A DNA stretch of 64,000 nt from Escherichia phage radambza, in sequence record MN850639.1. One strand, 5' to 3'. Below the pieces are notes generated by a model. The model worked only from the letters and a program-made list of their open reading frames with translations, did no database searches and was not told the DNA's origin. Positions 45,713 to 55,099 of the stretch are shown one piece after another; positions within the stretch are counted from its first letter, which is position 1, and every line of letters starts with the position of its first letter. A program made the translations under genes and the position numbers.

Positions 45713-47509
45713 TTAAAGCTGCTTGTCAATATTATTTCGAATATCACCAAGAGTTGTGTAACCGAACTGCTCAGAGTCGCTAAAGACTAGACGCAAAGCA
45801 CAAGCTGGGTGTTCAAGTGCATCTGCAAAGCTCTGGAACCCATAGCCATCTACAGCTTTCAGATTTTCACCATCCCACATAGGTGCTACACCACCAAAGG
45901 CAGATTTCTTAACACCACTATCTGTTTTAGGGTCTTTTGCAAGCATAATCTCTTTACCACCAATGCTTGCAAGAGTTGCTTTGACAGCAAATGCAAAGGT
46001 GTCACGAGTCATGTACTGGTAAGTGTAAGAGCCTACACCAAACACTACGTTAGAGCTTGCAAAACCCATTTCATACAGACGCTTCAGGATTTCGTTTGCA
46101 CGTTCCAGCGTGATAGAGTCACCATAGATAAGGCCGATGTGCTCATCCAGTACCTTAAACCCTTTAGAGTTAATAGTCCCTCCGAAGATGTTGTACAGGG
46201 TCTTAATAGCCCCATCAATCTCAGCTACAGGACGTGTTACAACGTTTGCAGAACCAACCATATAAGCATTCTTCAACATCACCGTATCAGCAACTTCAAA
46301 GTCTTCTCTGTCAACAACCATTTCGTAGCCTTCTGACAGTAGCCATCCAGCAATACCATAGTTGATGTTTTCAAGCTTCATGTTCAGAACAGCATTCAAC
46401 ATTGTGTCACTAGCTTCCAGCTTGCTTAGGTGCTCATAATAAGCCTTCTTAGCACACTCTAAGTGGATTGCTTTATAGCCTGTGACAATATGTACAGGGT
46501 CTCCAGAGTCAGGGCGAATTACCAGCTTACCATCACGTTCCATAATTTCTTTACGAAGTGCTGGTAAGATTTCTGACACAGTTCTCCAGAAGTTATAAGT
46601 ATCTGAAACAATACTTGCAATACCAGTTGGGTAAGTTTCTGTTAAGAAACGACGGAAGGTTTGCAACTCACCTTTAAAGCGTCTTTCCTCTTCAATCAAT
46701 TCATTACCACCTTCCCAAGCAATGTTTGCACACATTACAGAGTGTTCAGTGGCTGGTACAGAACTACCAATATCAGAAATTGGGTAAGACTGTCCATAGA
46801 TGCGTTTAGCCGTGTATACAGCAGGGAAGCTATCAGTTCCTTTAAAGCTGGTTAAGTGACCTACAGCATTAAATGCGTCATCGGTAAAGCCGGACATACC
46901 ACGCATAGCAAAGTCATGGCACTGATAAGGTAAATGTAAGTCATTGTCGCAAGTAAGGTCAGTCCACTTCTTACAGATACGTTTGTAGTGCAATGCAATA
47001 GTTGCAATGGTGCAAGCCTTCCAAATCTCAGCAGAGAAAGCATCTTCCAGATAACCTGCTACCCAATGGAAACCTGAAACAGTGTTCTGGAAGACAATCA
47101 TTGGAACACGCATAGGAACAACTGTACCTTCTTCTACAGCGTATACTTCAACTGGTAGATAGCCTAAATCGTGAAGTGCTTCCCAATGCTCTCGACCTAT
47201 AGCATCTTTACCCAGAACACCATTCATGACTTCTAAGATTTCGTCAATTGCTTCTTTTTTATCACGTTCAAAGAAAGTGGCATTCCAGTGGTCTATCAAG
47301 TAATCTTTAACAAAACGTTGAATACCAAAAGCTACTACACCGTCAATTGCTAAGGGGCTGTTAAACCAGAGGCTGTTAAACCATTTGTCACTACGTGGTG
47401 TCAGGTTCAACATAAGATATTGCGTAGCATCTGGATACTGATATATATGTGATGCCTTGTAAGCATCTGCATTAAGACCTGCTGGTACTGCGTAAAGTGA
47501 CTTACTCAT
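45713..47509 (-). CDS. nicotinamide phosphoribosyltransferase family protein (Nampt/NadV-like; possibly a Namat-type NAD+ reconstitution enzyme)
   Basis: 598 aa; VIRPDSGDP and GLIYGDSIT motifs typical of the Nampt family. Confidence 0.85.
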   Translation of the reverse strand: MSKSLYAVPAGLNADAYKASHIYQYPDATQYLMLNLTPRSDKWFNSLWFNSPLAIDGVVAFGIQRFVKDYLIDHWNATFFERDKKEAIDEILEVMNGVLGKDAIGREHWEALHDLGYLPVEVYAVEEGTVVPMRVPMIVFQNTVSGFHWVAGYLEDAFSAEIWKACTIATIALHYKRICKKWTDLTCDNDLHLPYQCHDFAMRGMSGFTDDAFNAVGHLTSFKGTDSFPAVYTAKRIYGQSYPISDIGSSVPATEHSVMCANIAWEGGNELIEEERRFKGELQTFRRFLTETYPTGIASIVSDTYNFWRTVSEILPALRKEIMERDGKLVIRPDSGDPVHIVTGYKAIHLECAKKAYYEHLSKLEASDTMLNAVLNMKLENINYGIAGWLLSEGYEMVVDREDFEVADTVMLKNAYMVGSANVVTRPVAEIDGAIKTLYNIFGGTINSKGFKVLDEHIGLIYGDSITLERANEILKRLYEMGFASSNVVFGVGSYTYQYMTRDTFAFAVKATLASIGGKEIMLAKDPKTDSGVKKSAFGGVAPMWDGENLKAVDGYGFQSFADALEHPACALRLVFSDSEQFGYTTLGDIRNNIDKQL

Positions 47510-47531
47510 ATTTTATCTCTCTCTCTCTATC

Positions 47532-48023
47532 TTAGTTATGTCTTGCAAACTCACCATGAAGTTCTATTCGCTTTTTAATTACAGCTTCTTTTGCTTCTTC
47601 TACCGTTTTAAATCTTCCACAAAAGTATTCTTTATGGTAAAGCATGACTCTTGCTTTGTAAAGACCTGTTTGTTTACAAAAACTTACACCCTTCACACCA
47701 GTTTTATTATTCTTGTATATACCCCTATTCCTCTGATTTTGTGACTTTGTGCTAAGTCTTAAATTCTCCAACTTATTATTAGATTTATCAAGGTCTATGT
47801 GGTCTATCTCATATCCACTTGGCATCTCACCTCCAGACATAATCCATGCAATATTATGTGCATAGTACCTCTTCTTATTTATCTGGACTTGGATATAACC
47901 CTTCTTAGACCTTGTGCCAGCAACATTACCAGCAATAGCGGTATTGCAAAGGGTTACTTTCCAAATTAGTAAACCTGTCTCCGGTTCGTATATTAGGTAT
48001 TTTTCGAAGTAACCCTTATCCAT
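47532..48023 (-). CDS. HNH homing endonuclease with AP2-type DNA-binding domain
   Basis: 163 aa; YEPETGLLIWK N-terminus, IDHIDLDKSNNKLENLRL HNH motif, GVKGVSF...YKARV AP2-like domain; sits between the Nampt-like and Prs-like genes. Confidence 0.8.
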   Translation of the reverse strand: MDKGYFEKYLIYEPETGLLIWKVTLCNTAIAGNVAGTRSKKGYIQVQINKKRYYAHNIAWIMSGGEMPSGYEIDHIDLDKSNNKLENLRLSTKSQNQRNRGIYKNNKTGVKGVSFCKQTGLYKARVMLYHKEYFCGRFKTVEEAKEAVIKKRIELHGEFARHN

Positions 48024-48031
48024 TTTAATAC

Positions 48032-48913
48032 CTAATCCAAATTTGCTACAGTAACTTGACTGTAATGTGTTAAGCCACGTTCTTTAGCTTCGCCTAAAGA
48101 GTTTGTAGTGTAAATATGGTCGATACCATTGTCAAGAAGGTTTTCAACATCTTTAGAGAAGATACCATGTGTTACATAAAGCTCTACACGTTTTGCACCT
48201 GCTTCACGTAGGTGTTTAGCTGCCTCTACGAAGGTTCGACCACCATCACAGATATCATCAAGAATCATGACGGTTTTATCGGTCAAATCAACATCGTCAA
48301 GGATTTGCATACCAGTGATTTCTCCAGTCTTAAGATTTCGCACCTTAGACATTGTGATATATGGTTTATCAACCTCTTTAGCAGTCTCTGCAATCTTCTT
48401 AGAAGCACCTGCATCTGGGGCTACTAAGTAATCAATCAGAGGGTCATTTGCGTAATGGACTGCAATCTCCTTTTGAGGAATACTCTGGAAGCAATTGAAA
48501 AGGTTATCTGGAACGTAACTATGAGGGTCAACTGCACAGACTGCATCAAAACCCATTGCATTAACCTGTTGTGCAAACACTTTCAAAGCTGCTGCATCAC
48601 CTTTAAACATGTGACGGTCGTAACGTGCATTTGGCAAATAGTAAAAGATAGCAGTCTTCATAGCAAACTTATGAGGTACTAAATCATCAATTGCTTCTTT
48701 AGCCAGTGCCACAGCAAACAGTGTGTCTTTGTCATAACCCTTTACAATCATAACCACATTGTTAATAGATGATGCTGCATAAGCAGTAAAATCAACAAGC
48801 TCTTGTGAAAAGTGGCCACCAATCTCACCAGAAGGGAATTGGATGATGTTAAACTCTTCTTCATGAGTTCCTTTAGTCGGTGAATGAATTGTGACACGGA
48901 TAGATGTTTTCAT
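48032..48913 (-). CDS. ribose-phosphate pyrophosphokinase family protein (Prs-like; possibly an ADP-ribose pyrophosphokinase)
   Basis: VDPHS and ILDDICDGGRT PRPP-synthetase motifs; ORF-track TTG start trimmed to ATG at 48911-48913. Confidence 0.85.
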   Translation of the reverse strand: MKTSIRVTIHSPTKGTHEEEFNIIQFPSGEIGGHFSQELVDFTAYAASSINNVVMIVKGYDKDTLFAVALAKEAIDDLVPHKFAMKTAIFYYLPNARYDRHMFKGDAAALKVFAQQVNAMGFDAVCAVDPHSYVPDNLFNCFQSIPQKEIAVHYANDPLIDYLVAPDAGASKKIAETAKEVDKPYITMSKVRNLKTGEITGMQILDDVDLTDKTVMILDDICDGGRTFVEAAKHLREAGAKRVELYVTHGIFSKDVENLLDNGIDHIYTTNSLGEAKERGLTHYSQVTVANLD

Positions 48914-48924
48914 AGTTTTCTCTC

Positions 48925-49203
48925 TCAATCAAAAGTTACGTTTGTTACTGCCATTGCAGATTTGCATTTTACAGGGTCTACAACGTGGTAAAGTACACTA
49001 CAGTTACCTGTGCTGTCTGGTACAGGTTTTACCCATTGATGCTTTATAGTTGGCTCTCCTAAGTCTTTGTAAGAACCATCTGTAAAGTTGTTTACCATCT
49101 CAAGTGCAATTGGTTCTGGAACATGACCACGTATCATGTACATTTCACAACCATTACCACCTTCACTGACTAATGGTAAAATTTCCCACTTCTCTTTAGC
49201 CAT
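48925..49203 (-). CDS. hypothetical protein
   Basis: 92-aa ORF. Confidence 0.4.
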   Translation of the reverse strand: MAKEKWEILPLVSEGGNGCEMYMIRGHVPEPIALEMVNNFTDGSYKDLGEPTIKHQWVKPVPDSTGNCSVLYHVVDPVKCKSAMAVTNVTFD

Positions 49204-49711
49204 TGTAAGTTGCCCTATAAACTGTCTCGAACTTCAACAGGAGATATATTGCCAAATCTGTATAGTTGTTGTCAAGCACATCTGGCATATTATTTTTGAT
49301 ATATTTCTCTTGCTCTTCATAGGTCATCTTAGGTGTGCTTAGAAGGTTATCTCCCTGCTTCTGGTTATCAAGTTTAGTCTGGATAAACCAGTTTGCACAG
49401 TGATGCTCACCACCCTTTGTAACAGGTTTGTGGTGGCCTAATGTGAAGGATTGACTACCTGTGTATCTACAAAGCTTATTGAGCACTGCAATGGTGTTCT
49501 TCACAACAAAACATTCATACAGGTTATCTATAGTGTAGTGTGGGTAATAACGGAATAGTACTCTTTCACGAGTACTTTCACGATTCCAGAGAATCATGTG
49601 ATTGGAGTTTGAGGGGTCGTATTGGTGGGAGTCAATGAACTCTTGACGTTCCTCAAAGCTAAGTCTTAACACTGACATTGCAGCAGAACGTTTTAGGTTT
49701 GACAGATACAT
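49196..49711 (-). CDS. HNH-motif nuclease-like protein
   Basis: 171 aa; GHHKPVTKGGEHHCANW...N resembles an HNH core. Confidence 0.45.
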   Translation of the reverse strand: MYLSNLKRSAAMSVLRLSFEERQEFIDSHQYDPSNSNHMILWNRESTRERVLFRYYPHYTIDNLYECFVVKNTIAVLNKLCRYTGSQSFTLGHHKPVTKGGEHHCANWFIQTKLDNQKQGDNLLSTPKMTYEEQEKYIKNNMPDVLDNNYTDLAIYLLLKFETVYRATYNG

Positions 49712-49762
49712 ATCATCTCCAAAATAAAAAGGGAACTGTAAAGGTTCCCTTATAGTATCTGT

Positions 49763-50083
49763 TTACTGAGCTACTTTCAAGATGCTTGTGAATGAAATCT
49801 CACTCTCATCCATAAACTCTTTTGCTTCTCCAGTAACTTTTACAAAGTTATCTAGGCAGATAATCTTCTTATCTTTCTTGCTATAGGTTAGCTTGACCTT
49901 TTCAATATCTTTCTTAGAGTTTTTCTCTTCATTAAAGAGCTTCACAGCTTCTTTAAATGGTAGGTATGAACCATCATCATCGCTAATAAAACCTGTGCCG
50001 CAATAGTAGAAGTTATATTCTTTAGCCATAAACTGGCACAGTACGAAAATCTGTAATTTGCGAGTGTTATATACTTTGCTCAT
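49763..50083 (-). CDS. hypothetical protein
   Basis: 106-aa ORF. Confidence 0.45.
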   Translation of the reverse strand: MSKVYNTRKLQIFVLCQFMAKEYNFYYCGTGFISDDDGSYLPFKEAVKLFNEEKNSKKDIEKVKLTYSKKDKKIICLDNFVKVTGEAKEFMDESEISFTSILKVAQ

Positions 50084-50085
50084 AA

Positions 50086-50352
50086 TTATTTAACCTTCTT
50101 ATTACGTTTACGGTTACGAGCTTTCTTAGCTGCTCGTTTAATAGCTGCTGCACCAGACTGGTGGTGAGCTTGTTTCTTACCACCTTTACCACGTCCTACG
50201 TAGATGTAAGGCTGCTGTTCAATTTGGCTTGTAAGAACCTGTGCAACCGCTGAAGCATCTACACCGACCTGCTTTCCAGTCATAGAAATGATTGCTGCTG
50301 CTTTTGCCAGTGCCTTCAAGAAGCCAGCCTTCATATTACCTAAAATTCCCAT
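50086..50352 (-). CDS. small basic protein (Lys/Arg-rich C-terminus)
   Basis: 88 aa ending AAKKARNRKRNKKVK. Confidence 0.45.
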   Translation of the reverse strand: MGILGNMKAGFLKALAKAAAIISMTGKQVGVDASAVAQVLTSQIEQQPYIYVGRGKGGKKQAHHQSGAAAIKRAAKKARNRKRNKKVK

Positions 50353-50367
50353 TTTTAGTCTCTCTCA

Positions 50368-50724
50368 TTAAAGTTTAATACAGAACTTATGGAGTTCTTC
50401 TTCAGTGATACCGATTGGAGTTACACCTTCTCTGATGTTTTGAATCCTGTAGAAGTCTCCAAATTTATCTGACTCGTGTATGGCAAAGGTGACATTCTTT
50501 ACAATCGTTGCAAGAGCACATAATGAATGTGCACCAAATTTTTCTCTTGTATAAATAATCCAGGCATCTAACTTGTTGATGTCATAAGTCCACTTGCCAG
50601 AATAATCATTCTGCTCGCCATTGACAATCGCCTTGCCATCCATACTCTTTTCTCCAGAGGTTTTGGTTATCAGAACCACGATATGGTTTAACTGTTGGTT
50701 TAGACGAATCATACTTACCATCAA
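50368..50724 (-). CDS. hypothetical protein (start uncertain, overlaps nrdG 3' end)
   Basis: 118-aa ORF. Confidence 0.4.
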   Translation of the reverse strand: MMVSMIRLNQQLNHIVVLITKTSGEKSMDGKAIVNGEQNDYSGKWTYDINKLDAWIIYTREKFGAHSLCALATIVKNVTFAIHESDKFGDFYRIQNIREGVTPIGITEEELHKFCIKL

Positions 50725-51091
50725 TCACCACGTCAACATATTTCATCACATCTAAGTGGATTTTTTCGTGCAGTTGAAAACCTGTCCAAAGCCAGATAGA
50801 CTTCTCTGGGTAAACAGTTTTAATACGTTTGCATATGTTGGTAACCTCTTGAATATTTCTATCATCCAGAGGTTCTCCACCAAGTATTGACAACCCACTG
50901 ATGGCCTCATCATCCATTAACTTAATGATGCCGTAGAGGTTTGCATAAGTAAATACTTTACCAGCATTAAACTTCCAAGACTCCCTATTAAAGCAGCCTT
51001 CACAGTGATGCTTACAACCAGCTACGAAGAGGCTTACACGAACCCCTTCACCATTAGCTGTGTCAAATGGTCTAATCTCCATGTAATTCAT
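50606..51091 (-). CDS. nrdG: anaerobic ribonucleotide reductase activating protein
   Basis: 161 aa; radical-SAM CKHHCEGC (CxxxCxxC); downstream context of nrdD. Confidence 0.8.
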   Translation of the reverse strand: MNYMEIRPFDTANGEGVRVSLFVAGCKHHCEGCFNRESWKFNAGKVFTYANLYGIIKLMDDEAISGLSILGGEPLDDRNIQEVTNICKRIKTVYPEKSIWLWTGFQLHEKIHLDVMKYVDVVIDGKYDSSKPTVKPYRGSDNQNLWRKEYGWQGDCQWRAE

Positions 51092-51151
51092 CTAGTTACC
51101 TCACCAATAAATATAAATGTTCTTTAAACCTTTTTCTTCGAATTGTTTTAC

Positions 51152-51547
51152 TCATTCAAACACCACCTCACAAGGAACCTGTTTAGTAATAAACTCTTCA
51201 CAGTGTTCTTTAATAAAGTCTTGTAATGGAACACAGTCTTGCGCGCAAGTCATTAGCATAATGTACTCTGGATTCATGATGTTTTCAAGGGTGTAGAAGA
51301 CAACATCATCAGATAATTCATGACCATCTTCTTCAGACCAAGTTCCAGTGACTACAGCTAATTTATCAAGTAACTCATTAGGCAACGCTACACCGTCTTC
51401 TACGGAGTCGCTTAGAACGTTGTCGCCAACATACAATGTGAATACCGTGTGGAATGTTGAGTACCTTACGTGATTCTTTTCACAAGAGCCACACTCTGAG
51501 GCATAATCTTTAATCCACTCTAACTGTTTCTGGTTGAGCTTAATCAT
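51152..51547 (-). CDS. hypothetical Cys-rich acidic protein
   Basis: 131-aa ORF. Confidence 0.45.
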   Translation of the reverse strand: MIKLNQKQLEWIKDYASECGSCEKNHVRYSTFHTVFTLYVGDNVLSDSVEDGVALPNELLDKLAVVTGTWSEEDGHELSDDVVFYTLENIMNPEYIMLMTCAQDCVPLQDFIKEHCEEFITKQVPCEVVFE

Positions 51548-51735
51548 AATTTCACCTTAGTTGGTAATGCACTGAATGCTATAGCTAACCCTAAAAATGG
51601 TTTGAAGCATGACCATAAATCCATCTGACCATGATATGAGAAACTCCATTGTGGGTCTGAAAAACCCCATACCATAACACTAACCCCAAAGAAGAAGACC
51701 AGTATGTGTAGTATGGGTATCAACGTTTTAAACAT
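51544..51735 (-). CDS. small membrane protein
   Basis: 63 aa, two hydrophobic segments. Confidence 0.4.
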   Translation of the reverse strand: MFKTLIPILHILVFFFGVSVMVWGFSDPQWSFSYHGQMDLWSCFKPFLGLAIAFSALPTKVKL

Positions 51736-51899
51736 TTTAACTTGCCTCTTAATTCACAATAAGAGAGTCCTAAAAAGAACCCTAGTAAGACAGAACCTAT
51801 GAATAACCCAATAATACTCTCTGCCATATCTAACATCCAATAAAAAAGGTGATGTAAGCCTATCAAGACTCACACCACCTTGTCAAGTTTTACATAAGG

Positions 51900-52457
51900 T
51901 TATTTTTTCTTACAATTGTCAAAATGATATCGAGTCATGTTACCAGCACCACCAGTCATGCCACAATGAGGACAGGTTTTCTTTTCCTTTGGCTTTTTTC
52001 CGGCTTCTGACATCTTCTTCCTTGTTTCTATAGACCTTTTACAACCTTTTGATTTTGTATTTCCTATTTGGGATTCCCCTAGTCGTCTTCGATGTTCTTC
52101 AGTGAAAACCCTGCCTTTATTCACAATGGATAAAGCTTTCGCGTTCAAAGCCCTTACCTTTTCATAGTCTCTGGATGATATTTTCCTATCTAGGCCATCA
52201 TGAGCTAACCTGTGCCATGCGAACCATAACTTATGATTGTTTGGATACATCTTAACCAGTAATTTATGAGCTATATAATGCTCTCTAGGTGTAAGTAAAG
52301 CAATATTATCTCCACTAATTTTATCGCCACCTAGACATACTGGTATGATATGGTGTCTTTCATAACCCTTACCTTGACATTTGTAGTATGTCAGAGGCAC
52401 ACCCCTTTCAGAATGTGCCTTCTTAATAATTGCATTATATATTAGTTCGTAATTCAT
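51900..52457 (-). CDS. HNH homing endonuclease
   Basis: 185 aa; ERHHIIPVCLGGDKISGDNIALLTPREHYIAH HNH motif; basic C-terminal tail with Cys/His cluster. Confidence 0.75.
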   Translation of the reverse strand: MNYELIYNAIIKKAHSERGVPLTYYKCQGKGYERHHIIPVCLGGDKISGDNIALLTPREHYIAHKLLVKMYPNNHKLWFAWHRLAHDGLDRKISSRDYEKVRALNAKALSIVNKGRVFTEEHRRRLGESQIGNTKSKGCKRSIETRKKMSEAGKKPKEKKTCPHCGMTGGAGNMTRYHFDNCKKK

Positions 52458-52464
52458 TTATATG

Positions 52465-54609
52465 CTACATAGAAACCCTATCCTTAATTTCTGCCATCTT
52501 AGCGTCATTCATTCGAGACTGACCTTTAATTTTTGTGAATGACAAGTACCCGCACACCCTGTTAATCACAGAGATATCATGTGAATGGCAAACCTCACAT
52601 TCTTCAACATCAGCCTTTGGTCTGTTACCACAATGTTCACAGATTGCTAAGTCAAAGTTAAGCCCCTGATAAAAACCTTTCAACATACCTCTTGTAATAC
52701 AACCTTTAAGTGCTGTTAAGTTTTCTGGATTAGCTACCCTTACATACTGGATTCTGCCACCTCTACAGATATGGAAGAAGGGTTCTTCTAAGTCCTGCTT
52801 CTCAAATGGTGTAATGTCTGCTGCAACATTCATATGGAAACTGTTTGTAAAGTATTCCTTATCAGAAACACCCTTGATAACTCCAAACATATCTCTGAAC
52901 TGTTTTAGCTGAGTTCCACAAAGTGATTCTGCTGGAGTGCCATAGACTGCATATAAGAAGCCATCTTCATTTTTAAACTCTTCAGTCTTCATGTTGATAT
53001 ATTCCAGCACATCGTATGCAAAACTACAGCTTCCAACTTCATGAAGTCGTTTACCTTCAGCAAGAACAGACAGCTCATCAAGCGCAGTAACCCCAAAAGA
53101 AGCTGTGAAAGACTTCACAATATCCCAACCAACCCTGTCAGTAGGCTTCTTAGTTCCTTTATACAGACCACCTTGTGTAAATGCAAGAGGGTTAGAACTT
53201 GCTGGCATATTAGCAATCATTTCGTAACGTTTCTTGTGGAAGCTGCGAATCATCTCTAGGTACTTATCAAGCTCTTTCCAGAAATCTAAGCCATTCTCTT
53301 TAGAATACTGGTAAATCATTGGTAAGTTCAAAGATACAGCACCAATGTTAGCACGACCAACATAGAACTCTTCCCCATTATCGTTAAGATATGGTGATAA
53401 GAACGCTCGGCAACCCATCGGTGAAATTACCTTGCCAGAACGCTCAAAAGCCTCTGCTACAGCACCATGACCAGATACACTTAAGAAATCTGGATACATT
53501 GCTTTAGAGCAACACTCAATAGCTTTACTGTACAGGTGGCCTTGACAGATATTCTCATCGTGTCTCTTCTGGTCATAAATATAAACCAGTTTAGGGAATA
53601 CAACAGGCTTCTTGCTCTTACCTTGTCCATTCATACGAACATCTAGGAGAGTACTTGCAATCATGTATTGCAGTCGGTTATCTTCATTGGACATATCTGA
53701 GTCAAGTAACCCGAATGTCAAAGTTGTGAATGCAAAATCCCCACGGCTGCAAGGTACAGTATTGAGCTTCATTTCAAGAGACTGAAAACCTTGAGTTAAT
53801 TCAATCTGTAGCTGCTCCATGACATAATTGTGGTAATGTTCTTTAGGAATACCGTAAGACGCTGCTTTTTCAGCATGGTAATGTAGAGACTTCTTAGCAT
53901 ACGGTACAAGTACCTTATCAATCTCTGCTAAAGTAAAGCCACCAAATTGCTGTGCAGTTGCTGAAAGAACTACATCACCAATAACCTGTAAGGCTGATAG
54001 CACAGACTTTGGTTCACAATATTCAATGCCAGACATTTCAAAGCCACCTTTCAGTACTTTACCAATGTCAAACAGGCAACAGTTGATACCACCAAAAATT
54101 AGGTCTCTTAAATCATGGATATAGATAAACCCTTTTTCAATGGCTTCAAGTTCCTCTGGTGTTAAATGGTACTGTTTAAAGATTTCTTTAGTCAGATAAC
54201 CACGAATAATTGAACCTTTTGTAGAAATTAAACTACTGTCAAAGTTAGCATTCTCTCTATCACCTAAGAAGAGTGTATCTTTGGTCTTCTGGTAAAGTTC
54301 ATCCCAATTTTGAGCAACCTCTTTACGGTAATTTCTATATGTTGAGTAAGACTCATAAATCTCGTGATTGACTTCTGCCAAAGCACCCTCAACAATACTG
54401 TGAATATCATTTACAGAAATTAGCAAATTATTCTGCTTAGTGGATTTTACCAGAATCCTCATAAATGCTGACTCAAGAGCTTGGGTAACATCTGGTGGGA
54501 GTTCTTTATACCCAACCCTATTAGCTGACTTTGTGACTGCTGCTAAAACTTTTTTGATATCAGGTTCTTCGAGTGAGCCATTCTTTTTAATAATCTGTAC
54601 TTTGTTCAT
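52465..54609 (-). CDS. nrdD: anaerobic ribonucleoside-triphosphate reductase (class III)
   Basis: 714 aa; C-terminal CEHCG...CEVCHSH zinc site and RVCGYL glycyl-radical motif. Confidence 0.9.
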   Translation of the reverse strand: MNKVQIIKKNGSLEEPDIKKVLAAVTKSANRVGYKELPPDVTQALESAFMRILVKSTKQNNLLISVNDIHSIVEGALAEVNHEIYESYSTYRNYRKEVAQNWDELYQKTKDTLFLGDRENANFDSSLISTKGSIIRGYLTKEIFKQYHLTPEELEAIEKGFIYIHDLRDLIFGGINCCLFDIGKVLKGGFEMSGIEYCEPKSVLSALQVIGDVVLSATAQQFGGFTLAEIDKVLVPYAKKSLHYHAEKAASYGIPKEHYHNYVMEQLQIELTQGFQSLEMKLNTVPCSRGDFAFTTLTFGLLDSDMSNEDNRLQYMIASTLLDVRMNGQGKSKKPVVFPKLVYIYDQKRHDENICQGHLYSKAIECCSKAMYPDFLSVSGHGAVAEAFERSGKVISPMGCRAFLSPYLNDNGEEFYVGRANIGAVSLNLPMIYQYSKENGLDFWKELDKYLEMIRSFHKKRYEMIANMPASSNPLAFTQGGLYKGTKKPTDRVGWDIVKSFTASFGVTALDELSVLAEGKRLHEVGSCSFAYDVLEYINMKTEEFKNEDGFLYAVYGTPAESLCGTQLKQFRDMFGVIKGVSDKEYFTNSFHMNVAADITPFEKQDLEEPFFHICRGGRIQYVRVANPENLTALKGCITRGMLKGFYQGLNFDLAICEHCGNRPKADVEECEVCHSHDISVINRVCGYLSFTKIKGQSRMNDAKMAEIKDRVSM

Positions 54610-54628
54610 TATTGCCCCTTTACATGCT

Positions 54629-54649
54629 AAAAAGGTCTCCGAAGAGACC
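54629..54649 (-). terminator. rho-independent terminator (minus strand)
   Basis: Plus AAAA then GGTCTC-cgaa-GAGACC; hairpin then U-run on minus strand. Confidence 0.55.
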
Positions 54650-54657
54650 CTTTCATT

Positions 54658-54864
54658 TTAAATCTTTTTAGAAAACTTCGCAAAGAGTTCTCTTAGTTTT
54701 TCAGTGATACCTAACTGTATCTCTAATATTTCGAAGATAACCCATAGTAACATGGCTCCAAACAATGAACCTTGTTCAAAGTCAGTAAATAGGTTAACAA
54801 TAAGCATACCAATCACAATAGCTGGTGCATCAACAACCAAACCTTCCCAAATGCGTTTAAGCAT
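54658..54864 (-). CDS. small membrane protein
   Basis: 68 aa with two hydrophobic segments. Confidence 0.4.
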   Translation of the reverse strand: MLKRIWEGLVVDAPAIVIGMLIVNLFTDFEQGSLFGAMLLWVIFEILEIQLGITEKLRELFAKFSKKI

Positions 54865-55099
54865 TATTCACCTCTGCCATAAAATTCTGTAGCGTCCCAA
54901 CAGGTTTTAGGTTTTGTCCATCAGTTTTCATGATGAATGGCATCTGACGAACTGGCATCTGTGCAATACCCATCAGGTCTGATAGTTCATAGTCCTGCCC
55001 TAACATTCTCACAACATGGTCAATACCACGAGCTTTTGCAAAATTCTTTGCAGTCTCACACTGAGGGCATCCAGTTTTGGAGTAAATTACATAAGTCAT
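54857..55099 (-). CDS. glutaredoxin-like protein (NrdH/NrdC-like redoxin)
   Basis: 80 aa; CPQC active-site motif near N-terminus; adjacent to nrdB. Confidence 0.7.
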   Translation of the reverse strand: MTYVIYSKTGCPQCETAKNFAKARGIDHVVRMLGQDYELSDLMGIAQMPVRQMPFIMKTDGQNLKPVGTLQNFMAEVNNA

